Source: Raillietiella orientalis (lineage: Eukaryota). From it: a stretch of DNA of 64,000 bases. Shown here in pieces: positions 12,917 through 25,880 of this stretch. The stretch spans positions 372,001-436,000 of the forward strand of contig JAYWIR010000050.1 of assembly GCA_036172245.1 (NCBI GenBank), written 5' to 3'. Within the stretch, counting starts at the first letter, position 1; each line of letters starts with the position of its first letter. Both the position numbers and the translations under genes were made by a program. The notes under the pieces are model-generated. The model made no database searches and was not told where the DNA came from. It saw nothing but the letters and a program-made list of their open reading frames with translations.

Positions 12917-15900
12917 TTGAAGGAAGTCCCCGTGCGTGAAGAACCTTCACGTTCGAGGTCGAGGAGAAGGACACCCAAGTCTCTCTTAGGACCGATTACG
13001 ATTTAACGCGAATGTCGTAAAGGGAAAGCAAAGACACCTTAAGAATTGAATTTGCCATTCCTCCTGAGCGCGTGCGAGCTCCTCTAGCGTAGACGGTGAC
13101 GTGCATTTTCCGCGTGCGCGCGTGCTTCCGTGCTGGCAGATAGACGGGGGATTCCCGGTTGTTACTCATCATCCTGATGGGTGCTTTGTTGTAAAGCGTA
13201 GGGCCTTCTTGGTGTCTGTTGACATGCATTGAGAGAGCCAAAGAGAAAGAATATATAAAAAAAAAAAAAAAAACAAAGTTGCCTTGGGAACGCATTCGGA
13301 TCGATGTCTCGCGTCCCTCTTCTCCACCGGTCGCTATGTTTCGTTTCTCCGCGGAACGCAAGCAAGGCCTCGAATTCCTCTTCGGAAACGGCAGGGATGC
13401 AGTCACACCCTCCTCCCATCGTTCATCCCGTGCGTCCCCTCCTTTCAAAGGGGTAGCGTGGGCCCCTCCGCCGAGTGGCTGCCCGTTCCGTGCTGCGAGC
13501 AGGCATCATTTTTCAGTGGGAATCCGGGGACGAAAGGGGAGAAGATTGCCAAGCTCCTACTATCTGTATCGCTGACGATCGTGAGGTTTCCCGCGGCAGA
13601 CTCCAAGAACAACTCATGCAGCAGGAGACCCGGTCACAGGAGCGGCTCAGGCGGAGCCACGGAAGGTCGCCTCCTTGGTTTGGAACGCCTCTCGTCCGAA
13701 GGGTGCGCGATCCGGGAAGGTGTGCGGATGCCGCCTGCCAGCTCTTCCGCGGTGCGAGCGCGCGTTCCTCAAGCACCGCGCGCGGGCGCCCAGCTGGCGT
13801 GACGACCCTGCTGGTGGCGGGTGGTGGTGCACGAGCAACGACGCCTTCTCGGTCTCGGTGGGGGGCTGTCGACCGAAACCAATCCAGCGTCGAGTGTCGG
13901 AGGGGGAGGTGGGGGGCACCATGATGGCGGCCAGGAGAACCTCCATCGAGCAAGACGGAGCAGGAGCGACGCCCACGGCTCCCGGGACGCGCCGAGGGCT
14001 GCGACGGCGGGAAGAGTGTCTTTCGCGTTCCGTTGTGAGGGAAGAGGGCGTTCTCGGGGGAACCGGATGACTCGGCGGCGGATCTGTGGATGACCGCGCT
14101 GGGGTCACGATGGTGGTGTCCCACGGCCCTTGACCGTGCAGGTGCTCCCGTCGGTTCGTGCGTGTGCTGTGCTGCTCCTGCGTGTCCGTAGCCGAGAGAC
14201 AGAGATGGTGAAGAGGAGAGCCGGCTGGTCTTTCCCGCAGGACAAGTCCAGGCTCCGAGTGGGACGAAGCGAGCGAGACGAAGAGTCAGCTGACCTCGTG
14301 GGGCCGGGGCAGACGTTGGTGGATCTTTTCCCCCTCACCCCATGCGACCGGAAGTTGGCGCCGCGCCTCCCCGTCGGCTCGGCACAAACAAAAAAAAAAA
14401 AGGTTGCTGCTGCTGCTTCATCAGCTGATAGGCTTGAATGCCTGGAGACGTCGCTGCTCCTCCGCCACTTTCTCTACGTCGGCGGTGGCCACTCCAACGG
14501 CTCCTTTCGGCGCTGCCCGTCGTGCGAGAGAAATGGCTTTGCCATTGCGGACAATCCCGGTCCCGGGGAGGAAGGCGTGTGGAGAGTTCCGTCCACTCGG
14601 GACGAGGAGGGTGGACGAAAGTAAACGAGGCGGAACGCAGCGGAAATCGCGGCTCCTAGCCTTGCGGACCACCATCCTCCTTGCTGCTTCTGCGGCGGCT
14701 GCAGACCGGCCATTAGTGGTTTCGCGGACCCTGGACCCGGCCGGATCGCTCCGCGGACAGTCACCCTTGGAAACGGGAGGAGGGGTCGGCCCCGCGCGTT
14801 CCGCTTTTCTGCAAATGGGATGCTCCGAGAGCCGCGAGCGGCAGCCTTGGGAGTCGACGGGGGCGAGGCACGAGGAACGCTCGTGTGCTTCCCGCTCCGC
14901 CCTGCATCCCCGAGCGCGCGGGGGGGACTTGTCCGGATGGGCAGTCCAAGGGAAGCGCCGTGCGATCCCGTGCTGCTACCCTACATCCCTGCCGAACGAG
15001 ACCTCCGCGAGCCGCCGGACTTCGGTCTGCAGCGTATGGTAGGGGGAGCACCGTAAAATACCGAAAGCCTCCCGGAAGGGGAAGGGCAGGGAAGCGCGCG
15101 CGCGTGCCTCTACTCAATGTCGGAGCTCCCGTCTCTCGGGGCGACGCTGAGCACTTTGGTGCGCCACCGTCGTTTTCGGTCGTGCGCCAGAGGTTGCGCG
15201 GCCAGGAAGATCCGCGCTGAGCCGACGGCGGTGGAGGCCTGCCTGACGCGAATCCTCCTAACCCCTCCCCCTCTATTTCCAGCCACGTGACCCTTGCGCT
15301 CGAAGCCTTTCGGAAATGCTGCTGCTCAGAGGGGAGGGGAGATCGACGTCCGCGGGGGAACCGCGGCGTCGGCGCGCCATCGTGGTTTCCACCGCTTCGG
15401 ATGCTGAATGTGCCTTCCGCTGGACCGCGTATGGGCGGTGGCGGCGGTCCTGGCAGATGAATGGGACGCGAGGAAGCATCTTAGTCTTCTTGGCCGATGA
15501 TGTTGTGCGGCTCGGGGAGCTGCCAGATCCTGGAAGAGAGGGTCCTTTGTATCCATTCCGGAGAATGATGGCTGCATGCGTTTCCCAGGGAAACAGACCC
15601 AGATTTCCCAGAAGCGGACGCTCCCTCCCTTCTCCGCACGCCCATGGGGTAGAGCTATGGCAATGAATTATGATCAGTGGAAAAAAATATTAAATGCCGT
15701 TTCGCTGGGTGCTGCCAATGCTCGAATTGAATCTCTCTTGCGTTCTTGTTCCTCTAGACGAACAGGAGGCGGCCATTTGTCTTTTTGTTGTTGCTGTTGT
15801 TTGGGGTGGCGTTTTTTTTCGTTCCCAACGGCACTCTGCAATTCGAAACTCTTTGACTCCTCTCGAACTCCCCCTCGTCCGTCGGCTTTTCGTCGTCCAT

Positions 15901-16317
15901 CCGCTCTCCCCGTCCGAAGCGCGTTGGTTCCCGGAAAGAGAACTCTTAAGCGGCTGCGGACCGAGGCGTCTGCTCGTCGGCAGAAAGGTGCCACTGTCGG
16001 CAGAAGGCGGATGCAGCCAGCCACTGGCCTCGACGCGCAGTTGGTTTGCCCCCGGGGGTTCGCCGCTCAAACCTGCCGAAGAGCGGCCTGTACGACGAGC
16101 GCCTGGTCGGTGGTGGCGTTGGCTGCTACTGAGAAGGGCGCCACCACCCCCTCCATCCCCTTCGCCTTTCCCATCCGGGACCGACGAGCCCAACGCCGTG
16201 TCCGCGGCGCTTCATTTTGAACATCCAGGAACGAGTGAGCGGCACGACTTCCGGTTTTCTGAAACACTCCGGATGCGTTCCAAGTGAGAGGAGGGAGAAG
16301 CGAAGGAAGCTGACGCT

Positions 16318-16331
16318 CCACCAGGTGGCGT
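16318..16331 (+). promoter_or_regulatory. CTCF-like core motif CCACCAGGTGGCGT
   Basis: Matches the CTCF core consensus; chance matches are plausible at this GC content. Confidence 0.3.
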
Positions 16332-18012
16332 TGGCGTTTCTGCGACGGGTCATTGGTGGCACGTCGCCGGCGGCAGCAGCCAGCGCAGGTCCCAGGCAGA
16401 TCCTGGCGATCCGGAGGGAGTCGCAGAGCGCTTGCCCGACGAGCGCTCCAGGACAACACGAAGACCACACCAGGTTCCACCTCATCCGGAAAGGGAATGT
16501 CGCGAAAAGGAAAGGACTCCCTCCCTCCCGTCCTCCTTTTCATTAGTGATTCCCTGCAGCCCGGAAAAAGACGCTCCTTCCCTCTGAAAGAGGCTGAGGT
16601 CTCCTGGAATCCGGAGATAGATGCGACGGGAAAAAGAAAAGAAGACAGGAAGGGGAGAGCACGGTTATTCCTTTGACTGACTGCAGCAGCGACCCTCGGT
16701 CCGTCCGCAGCAGCGCGTGTGAACAGCAGGGGAGAAGAAAGGGAAAAAAAGAAAAATGGCGGGATGCAGTTTCCGAGCCGCCATCGACGACTTCGTGCTT
16801 CTCGGCCGATTGGTGGGTCGTCGCCGTGCGACTTGGGTGCCGAGGAAGTGCTCCTGGGACACGTCGGGCGGGCGCGCGCGCATCCGGGCTGCCTCCGTAG
16901 GAAAAAACTGCGTGCGTCGCGGCGCCACTTGAAAGGGGGGAGTCTGCGAATTTGCATTCGAACCCGTCCGGACACGAACCGGTGGCTGCACGCGCGCGGA
17001 CGTCGCGTCTCCGTGGGTTCCGGCGAGCAAAACTCGCCAGCGGCGGTGGCGGCGGCCCCCGGGAAGCCACAGTTCTGTGCGTGAGGGCGATCCGGGACCA
17101 AAGGGGTGAACCGGAAACGGCTCGTCGATCTCTTGAGGAAAAAAAAAAAAAGAGCCGCCTCGGCATCTGAGAGAACGCTGCACGGCGGTTTCCGTCGGGA
17201 CCGGGCCGTTCGTCTTGCAGCTGTTCCGGCGCGTCCCTTTCGCGGAGGGTGGCGGTGGCGGTGGCGACTGCCCGAAGCGGGTCGTCGCATTCCACCGGGT
17301 GGGTGCTTCGGATGCTTCCAGCTGTAGCCTCGCGCCACCGCATTCGACCATATCCGGTCTTCCGCTCCCACCGCGAGAAGGAACCGAACGCCTCACCTCT
17401 GCCTGTGCGCGGTTCCCGGAAGGTGGCGGTGGGCGGCGGTGATGCGACGTTGCACGGCGCCCGACGACCTGCGCAGACGAAGGCGCTCGGAAGGCGATGT
17501 GGCTCGAGACTGCTGGTCAGCGACAGCCTTCCCTCTTCCGCTGGATTTCCTCCCTCTCGGGTGCGCCAGAGCGTTTATTTAATAAATGAAAAAAAAAGCA
17601 CCTACAAGGATCGGTGGTCCAACCACTCCCATTTCAAATGGAACCTACCGGGTTGCCGGTACGCAGACCGGCGAGGTTCGCCACGGCAGCAGAGGGGAGG
17701 CGGCGAATGAAAAGAAGAAAAGCAAAAAGTAAAATGAATAAATAAAATGGGGAGGAGGGATCACATTCTGTTGGGGGTGGTCCTCCACATCCTTTGGGGG
17801 ATGCTGGCAAGGTCTTGCTGGATGAGCTTTCCCAGGTGGGGCCTTCTTGTCGCCATCCCCGTGCATCGGACGACAAAATGGATGTGGCACTCCTGTCGCT
17901 TGGTCCTCCTCTTGCGTGTCGCTCCTGGCGGCGACGATCCCGCGTAGCAGCACAGCGCTGCTGGCGAGGCTGCTGGCCGAAGGGCGCCGCGAACGAAGAG
18001 TGGTTTCAAAGA

Positions 18013-18188
18013 GTCCCTGGGGTTGCCACCGGGGATCCCTGGGGTCGCCGCGAAGCGTTCCCAGAGGGGCCAGAAGGCAACGCAGCCCACAAGCAGGTGC
18101 GGGAGGGATCGCGCTCCCCTCACCTGGCACAATTCGGGTCCACCCCTCCGTGTCCATTGATGCCTACGGGCGTTGCACGGGAGACCCC
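18013..18188 (+). repeat. Dispersed repeat family A, copy 1 (possible decayed non-autonomous DNA transposon)
   Basis: Colinear with 19959-20134; shared blocks gtccctggggttgc, gcgaagcgttccca, ggcaacgc, ttcgggtccacc, tgatgcct, ttgcacgg. Confidence 0.8.
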
Positions 18189-19958
18189 AGTGCAGCAGCA
18201 GCATCAGGCCGACTCCCTCCACTTTAAGGGGGAAAGTGCGTCTGCCCAGAAGCACTGGGGTCACTCGGGATCTTTCACAGGAAAAGTCACCAGCTCAAGC
18301 TTAGGTGGGGGCGCACGGGGGCTCGCAGCGTCCGTGAGCTGGTTCGTCGTCCATTCACGCAGTCCTCTTCTCCTACCAGTGATCTCCATAGCAACCTTCC
18401 TTCGAACAGGAAGGCTGCTGAAAGCCTGTGTGTTCCCTCAGGGAAGGCAGCGCCGCGGGCAGGAGGGAGGTCCCACCTGCCCACGCAACCTTTCCGGGAT
18501 GTTCGATGGTCTCCGCTTCCTTCGGGGTGGTGGGGAGCACTCCGTGGATTTCCGTGTCGCAGAACCGTGTCGGAGGCGACTCTCGCCACTGGAACCGTAC
18601 TGGTCGTGGCATCCTCGCTGTCCGGTCAAGACGGTGATCACTCGGTGCTTTCGGGGCCAATCGGATGCGCGCGCTTGCTCCGTGTCGTGGGGCTGCTTTT
18701 TTTTTTCTTGGACCACGATCGGCTCGGTGTAGCGCGAGTTCCGGGAATGCCCGGCACCGCCGCTGGGGTGGCGTTTTTCTTCCGACGCGTCCCCGCCGTT
18801 CCTGCCCACGAGCCACGGCGCTCTTGGTGGCTCCACTCGCACCCCCGTGCGGGTGCGACTGGAGCTCCTGCTCGACGGTGCGGGCCTCTTTCGTTCCACC
18901 AGGTGACCGCCGCGTGCGCCCTGGATCCGCGGAGGGGGGGGGTCATCGGCTCTGCTGCTGCTGCTGAGGTCCTTCCGCCCGCGGCCTGCGCCGATCGCCT
19001 CTGTCGATCTGCGTTCCCTCGATGGGCGTGGGCGGCCGGTTGGCGGCGACGTTTGCGTCGTTACGACCGCCGCCAATAGTGTCCCGCCAAAGGAACCCTC
19101 GCGGAGCGGACGGGTCGGCTTACAGGAAGTCGCGGGACTTGTTCTTCTCTCCCTGGAAAATCTCGGCGAACCCGAGCGCCTGCTGGAGCTCGGGGGCGAA
19201 ATTCTTCCTGTCGAAAGCGGGAGAGCTCATCCACGCGGACGTGTGGATGACGAAACGAGGAAGGCCACGCCCTCGCGCTGTCCTCGTCGCCAAGGTTTCC
19301 AGTCTCGGACGAGAGGTGGAGCCGTCGTCTCCCGTGCAGGGAGCGTACTCACTCCCCGAGCCTCCGGGATGGCGCGTGGGGACTTCCCTCGCCGCCGTGG
19401 GCATGCGGACGTTGCAGCTCGCGCGCGACCTGCGGCTGCGATCCGGAGGGCTCCTGCCGCCATTGGGAGGGAGGGAGGGATCCTCAGGCCAGCGGCGGAG
19501 GCCATCGAGCGGGGAGCAGCGGCGTCCCTGTCGCCGCCGAACTTTCTCTCTGGCATCCTTCAGGAGGGACGCAGTTGCCTGCGCGCGTCCCCGTGGCAAC
19601 TCTCCGCTTCCTGCCGTGGAATTCCCACGTGATCCTGCAGGTCCCTGAAGGGGAGGACGAGCGAAGCTGCGCGAAAGTTCCGGACGCGCGGCCGGGCTCC
19701 CCACCGCTCGAAGAGCTGTGCCGCCTCGGCCTCCAAGGGGCAGATCGGCCCCGACAGCACGGAGCCGCCCCCCCCAGTTGCCCCCCTTGGGATCGAACTG
19801 CCGGGCGCTTCCGTCGTCCTTGGCTCGAGGTGTTGAACTTTCTCCGCGAATCTCCCTCTCCTCGTCCCATCATTTTCGTGGCTCCTTCCTCCCCCTTCGC
19901 GCGTATCCTTTACGGCCCGAGGGCATAGCGTAGGAAGAGAAGGGGTCCGAAAGGGGTC

Positions 19959-20134
19959 GTCCCTGGGGTTGCTGCCGGGGGCTCCCAGGGTCGTGGCGAA
20001 GCGTTCCCAAAGGGGCTGGACGGCAACGCGATCCGCAAGCGGGGGAAGGGATTCGCGTACCCTGCACCTAGCACGGTTCGGGTCCACCTCCTCCCGTGTT
20101 AAGTGATGCCTGCGTGCATTGCACGGAAGACCCC
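19959..20134 (+). repeat. Dispersed repeat family A, copy 2
   Basis: Same orientation as and colinear with 18013-18188, clearly diverged. Confidence 0.8.
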
Positions 20135-20240
20135 CCCGCCCGCCTCGCTCGCGGGAGCATCTTCAGTGACATTCGTCTCTGCTTTTCCGCGCGCGAGATC
20201 CCCCTGCAGGTCCTGGGCAAGCGGGGGGTCATGCGCAGGA

Positions 20241-20356
20241 AAACACGCGGACACACATTCGAGACACGAGGCAACGTGGAAGTGTGCGATGGCACCACCC
20301 CGTGCCCACGGCAGCCCACGGAGCCCTGGCGACACGCAGTTCTTCCAAAGCGGCAG
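20241..20356 (+). repeat. Dispersed repeat family B, copy 1
   Basis: Colinear with 21365-21478; shared blocks aaacacgcgg, gacacg, tggaag, gtgcccacggcagc, ggagccc, ggcgacacgcagttc. Confidence 0.8.
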
Positions 20357-21147
20357 CCTTCTCCCGTCTGATTTCAGCCCGCCTCCGCGCCTCCGGAGGA
20401 TCGCAGAACATCCCTGGAAAGGACGGGGGAAAAACTGTAAAAGAGCGGGCGCTTTCTTTCTGTTTCGCGGGAGCTCTCGCGGCGGGTTTTCCCGCCGGCA
20501 AGACGCCCGCCCCTCCTTCCACGCCTTTGGAGGAAGGCGTCCCGGGATGCAGGTGGCGCGCACGTCGCTTGGCGGCCCCTGCGGAGGGGCATCCGCGCTG
20601 GACGCCGGAGGGTGCTGTCGCACACGCAGCGCGGGATGACTTTCCGTGCAGGGAATGTGCCAGAGGAGATCGCTTTCCGCGCGACGTTTGCGAGCAGGCC
20701 GGATAGGCGCACGCGGACGCGTGGAAAGCGTGGACGATGTTTTCGTGGTCGATTGGCGACCTCGGGTCGTTGGCGCTGCGCGCATTTCGATGCGCAGCGA
20801 CGTGCTAATCCGCGCTGATTCCTGCGAGCGATCGAACCCGGCGTCGGTGGCTGCCGGTGGCTCCTCTTCAAGAGGGTCACGGTCGTTCCACTTCCGCCAG
20901 GAGGCGCGCGCGCTGCCTTGAGGAAAGCACCGGTGGCTCCCTGCGGCATGCCCGCGGACCCGTGGATGGTCCGTGCCCCGAAACCGGAAGCGGCAGGGGC
21001 GCGGCGGGAGCAGGGAGCTGCTGTGAGGAGCGAGCGTCCGAAAGCTCTGCTGCGCAGCCACTGTTTCGCTGAATTCCACGCGAAACGCCGACGGATCCTC
21101 TTCCTCTGTCTTCCGGATGATCCCCCCTCCGTGCTTCCGCTGCGCAG

Positions 21148-21236
21148 GAGTTTCCTTTCGCCCATGCACCCTGGCGGCACCACTTGCTAGTAGCAGCAGC
21201 AGCTACCTCTGCTCATCGGCCGCTTCAGTCGACAAG
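21148..21236 (+). other. Second candidate upstream exon on the 5-HT7 strand
   Basis: Acceptor cctccgtgcttccgctgcgcag and donor AAG|gtaacg, 89 nt; no recognisable protein. Confidence 0.3.
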
Positions 21237-21364
21237 GTAACGTCGTTAGCCCCTCCTCCTTGTTTGCCCTTATCCTTGTTTGCTCCTCGCTGGCTTTTCC
21301 CGCGGGCCCCGTGTTTGCTCAGGTAAACGAGCGGCAATCGGCGGCCATTCATTCGCCGGCGAGC

Positions 21365-21478
21365 AAACACGCGGGTACGCCGTCGACACGGGGCGACATG
21401 GAAGCTTGCGGTGGCATCTCCCTGTGCCCACGGCAGCTCGTGGAGCCCCGGCGACACGCAGTTCCTCCAGAGCCGCAG
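21365..21478 (+). repeat. Dispersed repeat family B, copy 2
   Basis: Colinear with 20241-20356. Confidence 0.8.
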
Positions 21479-23495
21479 ACATCGAAGGGCAGGCGACCTC
21501 AGCAGCGGCGCCGGCCAACGTCCCTACGGGCGGGCAGTCTCGCCATCCGGCCTCCATGACTGACGAAGAAAAATCGATGAACGGCAGCAGCCGCGGCAGC
21601 GGCGGGAACCTGCGCGCGGCGCTGGCGCGCGCGCGAGATCAGATCTGTGGTGGGACCGTGGCGGACGTGCGGGCAGTCTCCGTGACCGTCGCTTTTGGCA
21701 CGTCACCCCGAGCGCAGGAGCCGTGGCTTGAAGGGCCGGCCACGTATGGCGCAAGGCGCAAGTGTGACCGACCCCGCCTCCCTTGTGAGACATCGCCGCG
21801 CCGTCGTCAGGGAGCGCATTGCGAAGACAAACGACCCCTCCGGCGTCCACGTCTCACATCGATCACAATTGAAGGAATCGTCGGTTTCCCCCTTGGGAGC
21901 GCGCAGAAAGCGAAAGTGAAGCGAGCCGAAGGCACGGGAGAGATGATTTTTTAATGACCGTTCGGCCCTCATCGGTTCGGGAGCTTTTTGGAGGCCAACT
22001 TGCAAGCGAAGTCTCATCTGCGCCGTCGCCAGCGATGGCGACAGCAGCCGACGTGCGACGGTCGGAATCGGAAGTGCGCATCCCCTCTAGAGCAGGAAGA
22101 ACTACGGGGCACTCCCCTCCCCCCTCCCTGCTACCGCCACTTGACCAGGTGGCAGCTCGGCTGCAAAGCGACGGTGGCTTCCGCGTGCGCCTACCTTCAA
22201 CCGGCCTCGGGAAGGGCGGCGAAGTGCTTCCGTCTGGTGGACAGCTCCGACCGACCATCCGCGCGTCACAGGCTGGGGGGCAGCGACGGCGGAGGGCGTT
22301 ACCTTGCAGGCCGCAGCGACGACGAGTGCCAAAACAAACTGCTGCAGGGTCGCGGTGGCGAGCAACGGGAACGAAGCGCGGGGCGAAAGGGGGCCTGACC
22401 ATCATCACGTTCGCTGGGAGTTTTCGGAAGCTGCTGCTGCTGAGGGCATCTCTCTGGGTCCGCTATCTGCCAACTCGGAGGGCGTGAACGTGGGGCCTGC
22501 GGAAACGCACGGTCCGGTCGTCCCGCTTAACTCCAAGGTGGCCAGAATGGGGGTAGCCTCCGGTTGCACCTTGGGGCCAGTAGGCCGAGAGGCGAACGGG
22601 GCCTGTCCGGAAAGCGCTCGTCTCCCGGAAAGATGACCGGATGCAGGGTTGTGGTTTCGCCTCTCGCGAAACGTGAGGGCGCGCAGCCCGCAGCCTGGAA
22701 ACCGTCTTCCCCGAGAATCGCTTCTCAAAGAAAGCTCCGCAGGGAGCACGCTGCAGGGACCGCACCACGAAATCGGAGTCCTGTGGGAAGGGAGGGAAGA
22801 CGGGATTCCCGAATCGAAGGCGCGAGAAATGCTTGCGGTTTCGGGAATTCAAATTTCGAACTCATCCAGCACTTCTGGATTAAATCCCAGATCAGAAATT
22901 TCCAGGATGCTGAACACATTTCCATCCCTGAATGCAGGATTCGCTTCCGGACGAACTGAAGCCTGCTGATAAGAGACCTGCTATTCCCGGAAATAAATCG
23001 AGTTCGTCCCGGGATTACACTTCCAAGAAAGTTTTTTTTTTTTTCGTTCTCCTGGATTCGAAGTTTTCAATAAAAGTGTGCGGTCCCCGTTTCGGAAGGG
23101 CGACCGCTGCGCAGGAGGATGCGGTCTCTAGGAGCGAGCCTTGCCTAGTGTTTATAAATGCAGCCCAAATGTTCGGATTGGAGGGTGGAGAGGGGTCGTC
23201 GCTAACCGAAGGGTTTGCGCGGGGCGGGGGCAGCCGGACTTGGGAACCCGTTCGTAGTGCACGGGAGCCTCCGAACAGGAGGTCCGACTGCCCACGTATG
23301 GAAAACTCGGGCGCCAAGAGCACATTGTGGGAGAGGGGGAGATGTTCCCCCGTTCCAGGCAGTTTCCGAAGCAACCTGAAACCGAGACGGGGGCGCGGAG
23401 ACACCAAAGCGAATCTCCTCCCGTGTTCGTGGCAGCAGCACGCCGCAGCGGGGCTTTCTGGGCATCGCTTTCCCTCTCTGCCTTCTTCGTCTCTT

Positions 23496-23587
23496 GTTCC
23501 AACAATCGTTCCAGCGATCGTTCCACAACAATCGTTCAAACAATCGCTCCGCAACAATCGTCCCAACGATCGTTCCGCAACAATCGT
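23496..23587. repeat. Minisatellite with alternating 12/14-bp units (26-bp higher-order repeat)
   Basis: Seven c(a/g)atcg cores at 23503, 23515, 23529, 23541, 23555, 23567, 23581. Confidence 0.9.
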
Positions 23588-25741
23588 GGCGACCTTGTTT
23601 TTCCCACCACCCATTCTATTTATATCCTGCGCGCAGACGGATCGCACAGCGGCCATCTTCTTCCCCCCGTAACGCAACCCCCTTCTCGAACCAGCGGCCC
23701 TATTTCGGTTCCCGCTCGCCAACTGCTCCTCCTCCTCCCCGATGGCTGATTTCGGAAATTTCGGTTCCTCCGAGCATGGATCGATCGGAAGGATGGAGAG
23801 CGAGCGGGAGGAGCGACGCTCTCCAGCAGGGAGACAGGGAAAGGCGTTGATTAGGGAACCATCGCGGACGAGGTCGCATTCTCCGCAGCAAGGGGAGCTC
23901 CGGGTAATGTTCCGGAGATTCCTCCGCGCCGGACGGCGCTTCGGCGCGTCCGAACGCACGCGTTCCGGAATTCCCCGACCGCCTCCCGAAGTTGGCGGCG
24001 GCGGCGGCGGCGGTGCGCGTGAGCCGAGGGAATGCGCAGGCAGCGATGATGAGTTCCTCGTCGCCTCTGCGCAGGGTTTTCTGCTAACCAGCAGAGTCAG
24101 CTCGACGCAACACCCCGAAGGATTCGCGCCGGTCAGCAGCGCGCTCATCCTAATTGGCGGTGACTCACTGTGCAAAGTAATGAAGGCGCTCGACAGGGGG
24201 AAGCACCTGGCTTCTGCGGCTGCTGCTAGCGCCGGCGATCTATGCGGTCCCAGCCGGAAGGTCGCACGCCGGCAGTGTGCTGGGAAACTCCACCGCCGCC
24301 GCGCTCCTGGGCTCGCCACCTTCGGTGGACCCCACCACCCCAAGTAATGCTCCATCGGTTTGCAGAGTGTCTCGTGGTGTTCGACTCCCGGAGCATCCCG
24401 CCTGCTGCTGCAGAAACCCCAAGAAAGGCAACCGCCGCCGCCACCAAGAGGAAGCCGTCGCACACGTAGCCGGCGAAGAAGAGCACCCTCGCAAGTTGAC
24501 TGAGGTGAGGACGCAGGACGTGCGCGGAGCCGCTCTTCGATCCGTGCGGAGGGGCGGCGGTGGCGACCCCCGGGAACCCGCCTCGCGCGTTCACCGAACT
24601 GCTCCGGCGGGCGAGCATCCCTCCCCTCCGTTTCAGCCGCTCTCTGGGGAGATACGCCGGAAGCGGGGGTCCAGTTGCGTGCGAGGGAGGAGGGGGCGGG
24701 ACGAAGGGGACCGAAATCGGCGGACGACGACCATCGTCTCCAGACCGGCGGGGGCCCCACCCCACGGCTTCAGCAAAGGGGAGGCAAGGAAAAGAATGCG
24801 GCCCCGTTTCTAGGGGGTGCTGGCGCGCGCTCGGAGGGCGAACCTTCGATCCTAGGAAGGCTGCTCGCCTCGTTACTTCCGGAGTCCTGCGTATTGACGA
24901 CCCGAGGTCGCGGTCCGGATGCAAAGATGCGACCTCCCGTCTCATCCTCCTCATGGCGCGTTCCCATGGAACGCGTCGGTGAGTGCAGCGGACGGCGCCG
25001 AAACCTGTAGGGTCTTCTCCTGCACTTGAGCTTCGCGTTCCTTGTGATGGGAAATTCGAGTCACAGGGGCGGACAGGGGATGCAGGGTGACCTCTCTGAC
25101 CTCTTCCCCTTCCCAAGCCGGGACCGAGTCCTACAGCGTGCTGTTCCCACGGCGAGCCGCGGCTTGCATTTCTCCGCAGATCGGCCACCCGCACCACTTC
25201 TGGTTTCGAGTTGCCCGGGGAACCGGCCGCCCGTCCTCCCGGCGAACGAGCCTTCTGGAGGAACAGCAGCGCCATCGGTCGAGGCCGGGGACCCCCCGCG
25301 CCCGGGCGGCGCTGCCTGGCTACAGGGAAGCGTCTAGCTACTGTCACGCTTTTCCCCGTTGGCGGCATTGGGTTTGGCGCAGGCCGCCACCGTCTGCCGC
25401 CCGCCCGCGGTCGCCGAGTGGACACGCGCGATTTTTCCGGGCCAGCCAATGCCCGGGGCAGCTGAGTGTGCCCTTCATGGCTCCAGCCTCCTCCTTCCGT
25501 CGGCCCGCTCTGCAGCTCGCGTGCCCGCGTGACTCCTGTCCATGCGGCTCGGCGAATCGGTAGGGCTGGCGAGCTGCAGGAGGACCAAACCGCCAGCTCT
25601 TTTGCACTCGTCTGGGCGTGCGGCGGTCCCTGCGAGTGGGCGGGTGAACTCCACTCCTACGAGAGGTGATGGGAAAGGGATTGGGTTATCTAAGGCGCAT
25701 TTGCGGACCCTCTCCGTGGCAGCGTCTCTTTAAATAGCTTG

Positions 25742-25880
25742 CTGTCTGTGTGCGTGTGTTGTGTCTGTGTGATCCTGTGTGTCTGCACCTGTATGTGTCT
25801 CTCTGTGCCTGTATGCGTCCCTATCTCTCTCTATGTCTGTGTGCGTCTTTGCATCCGTGCTTGTGTCTCCCTGTGAGTGT
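25742..25880. repeat. Degenerate (TG/TC)n low-complexity tract
   Basis: Directly visible. Confidence 0.8.

Noticed and set aside
23496..23587. CRISPR-like periodic array
   Set aside because: Units are 12-14 bp with no unique spacers, no cas genes, eukaryotic context
23015..24760. 581-aa minus ORF (also 507 aa at 37464-38987, 434 aa at 5878-7182 and 16067-17371, three overlapping ~400-aa ORFs at 35536-36886)
   Set aside because: R/P/G/A/S-rich, run through microsatellites and homopolymers, several frames open at once, no domain: expected noise at high GC
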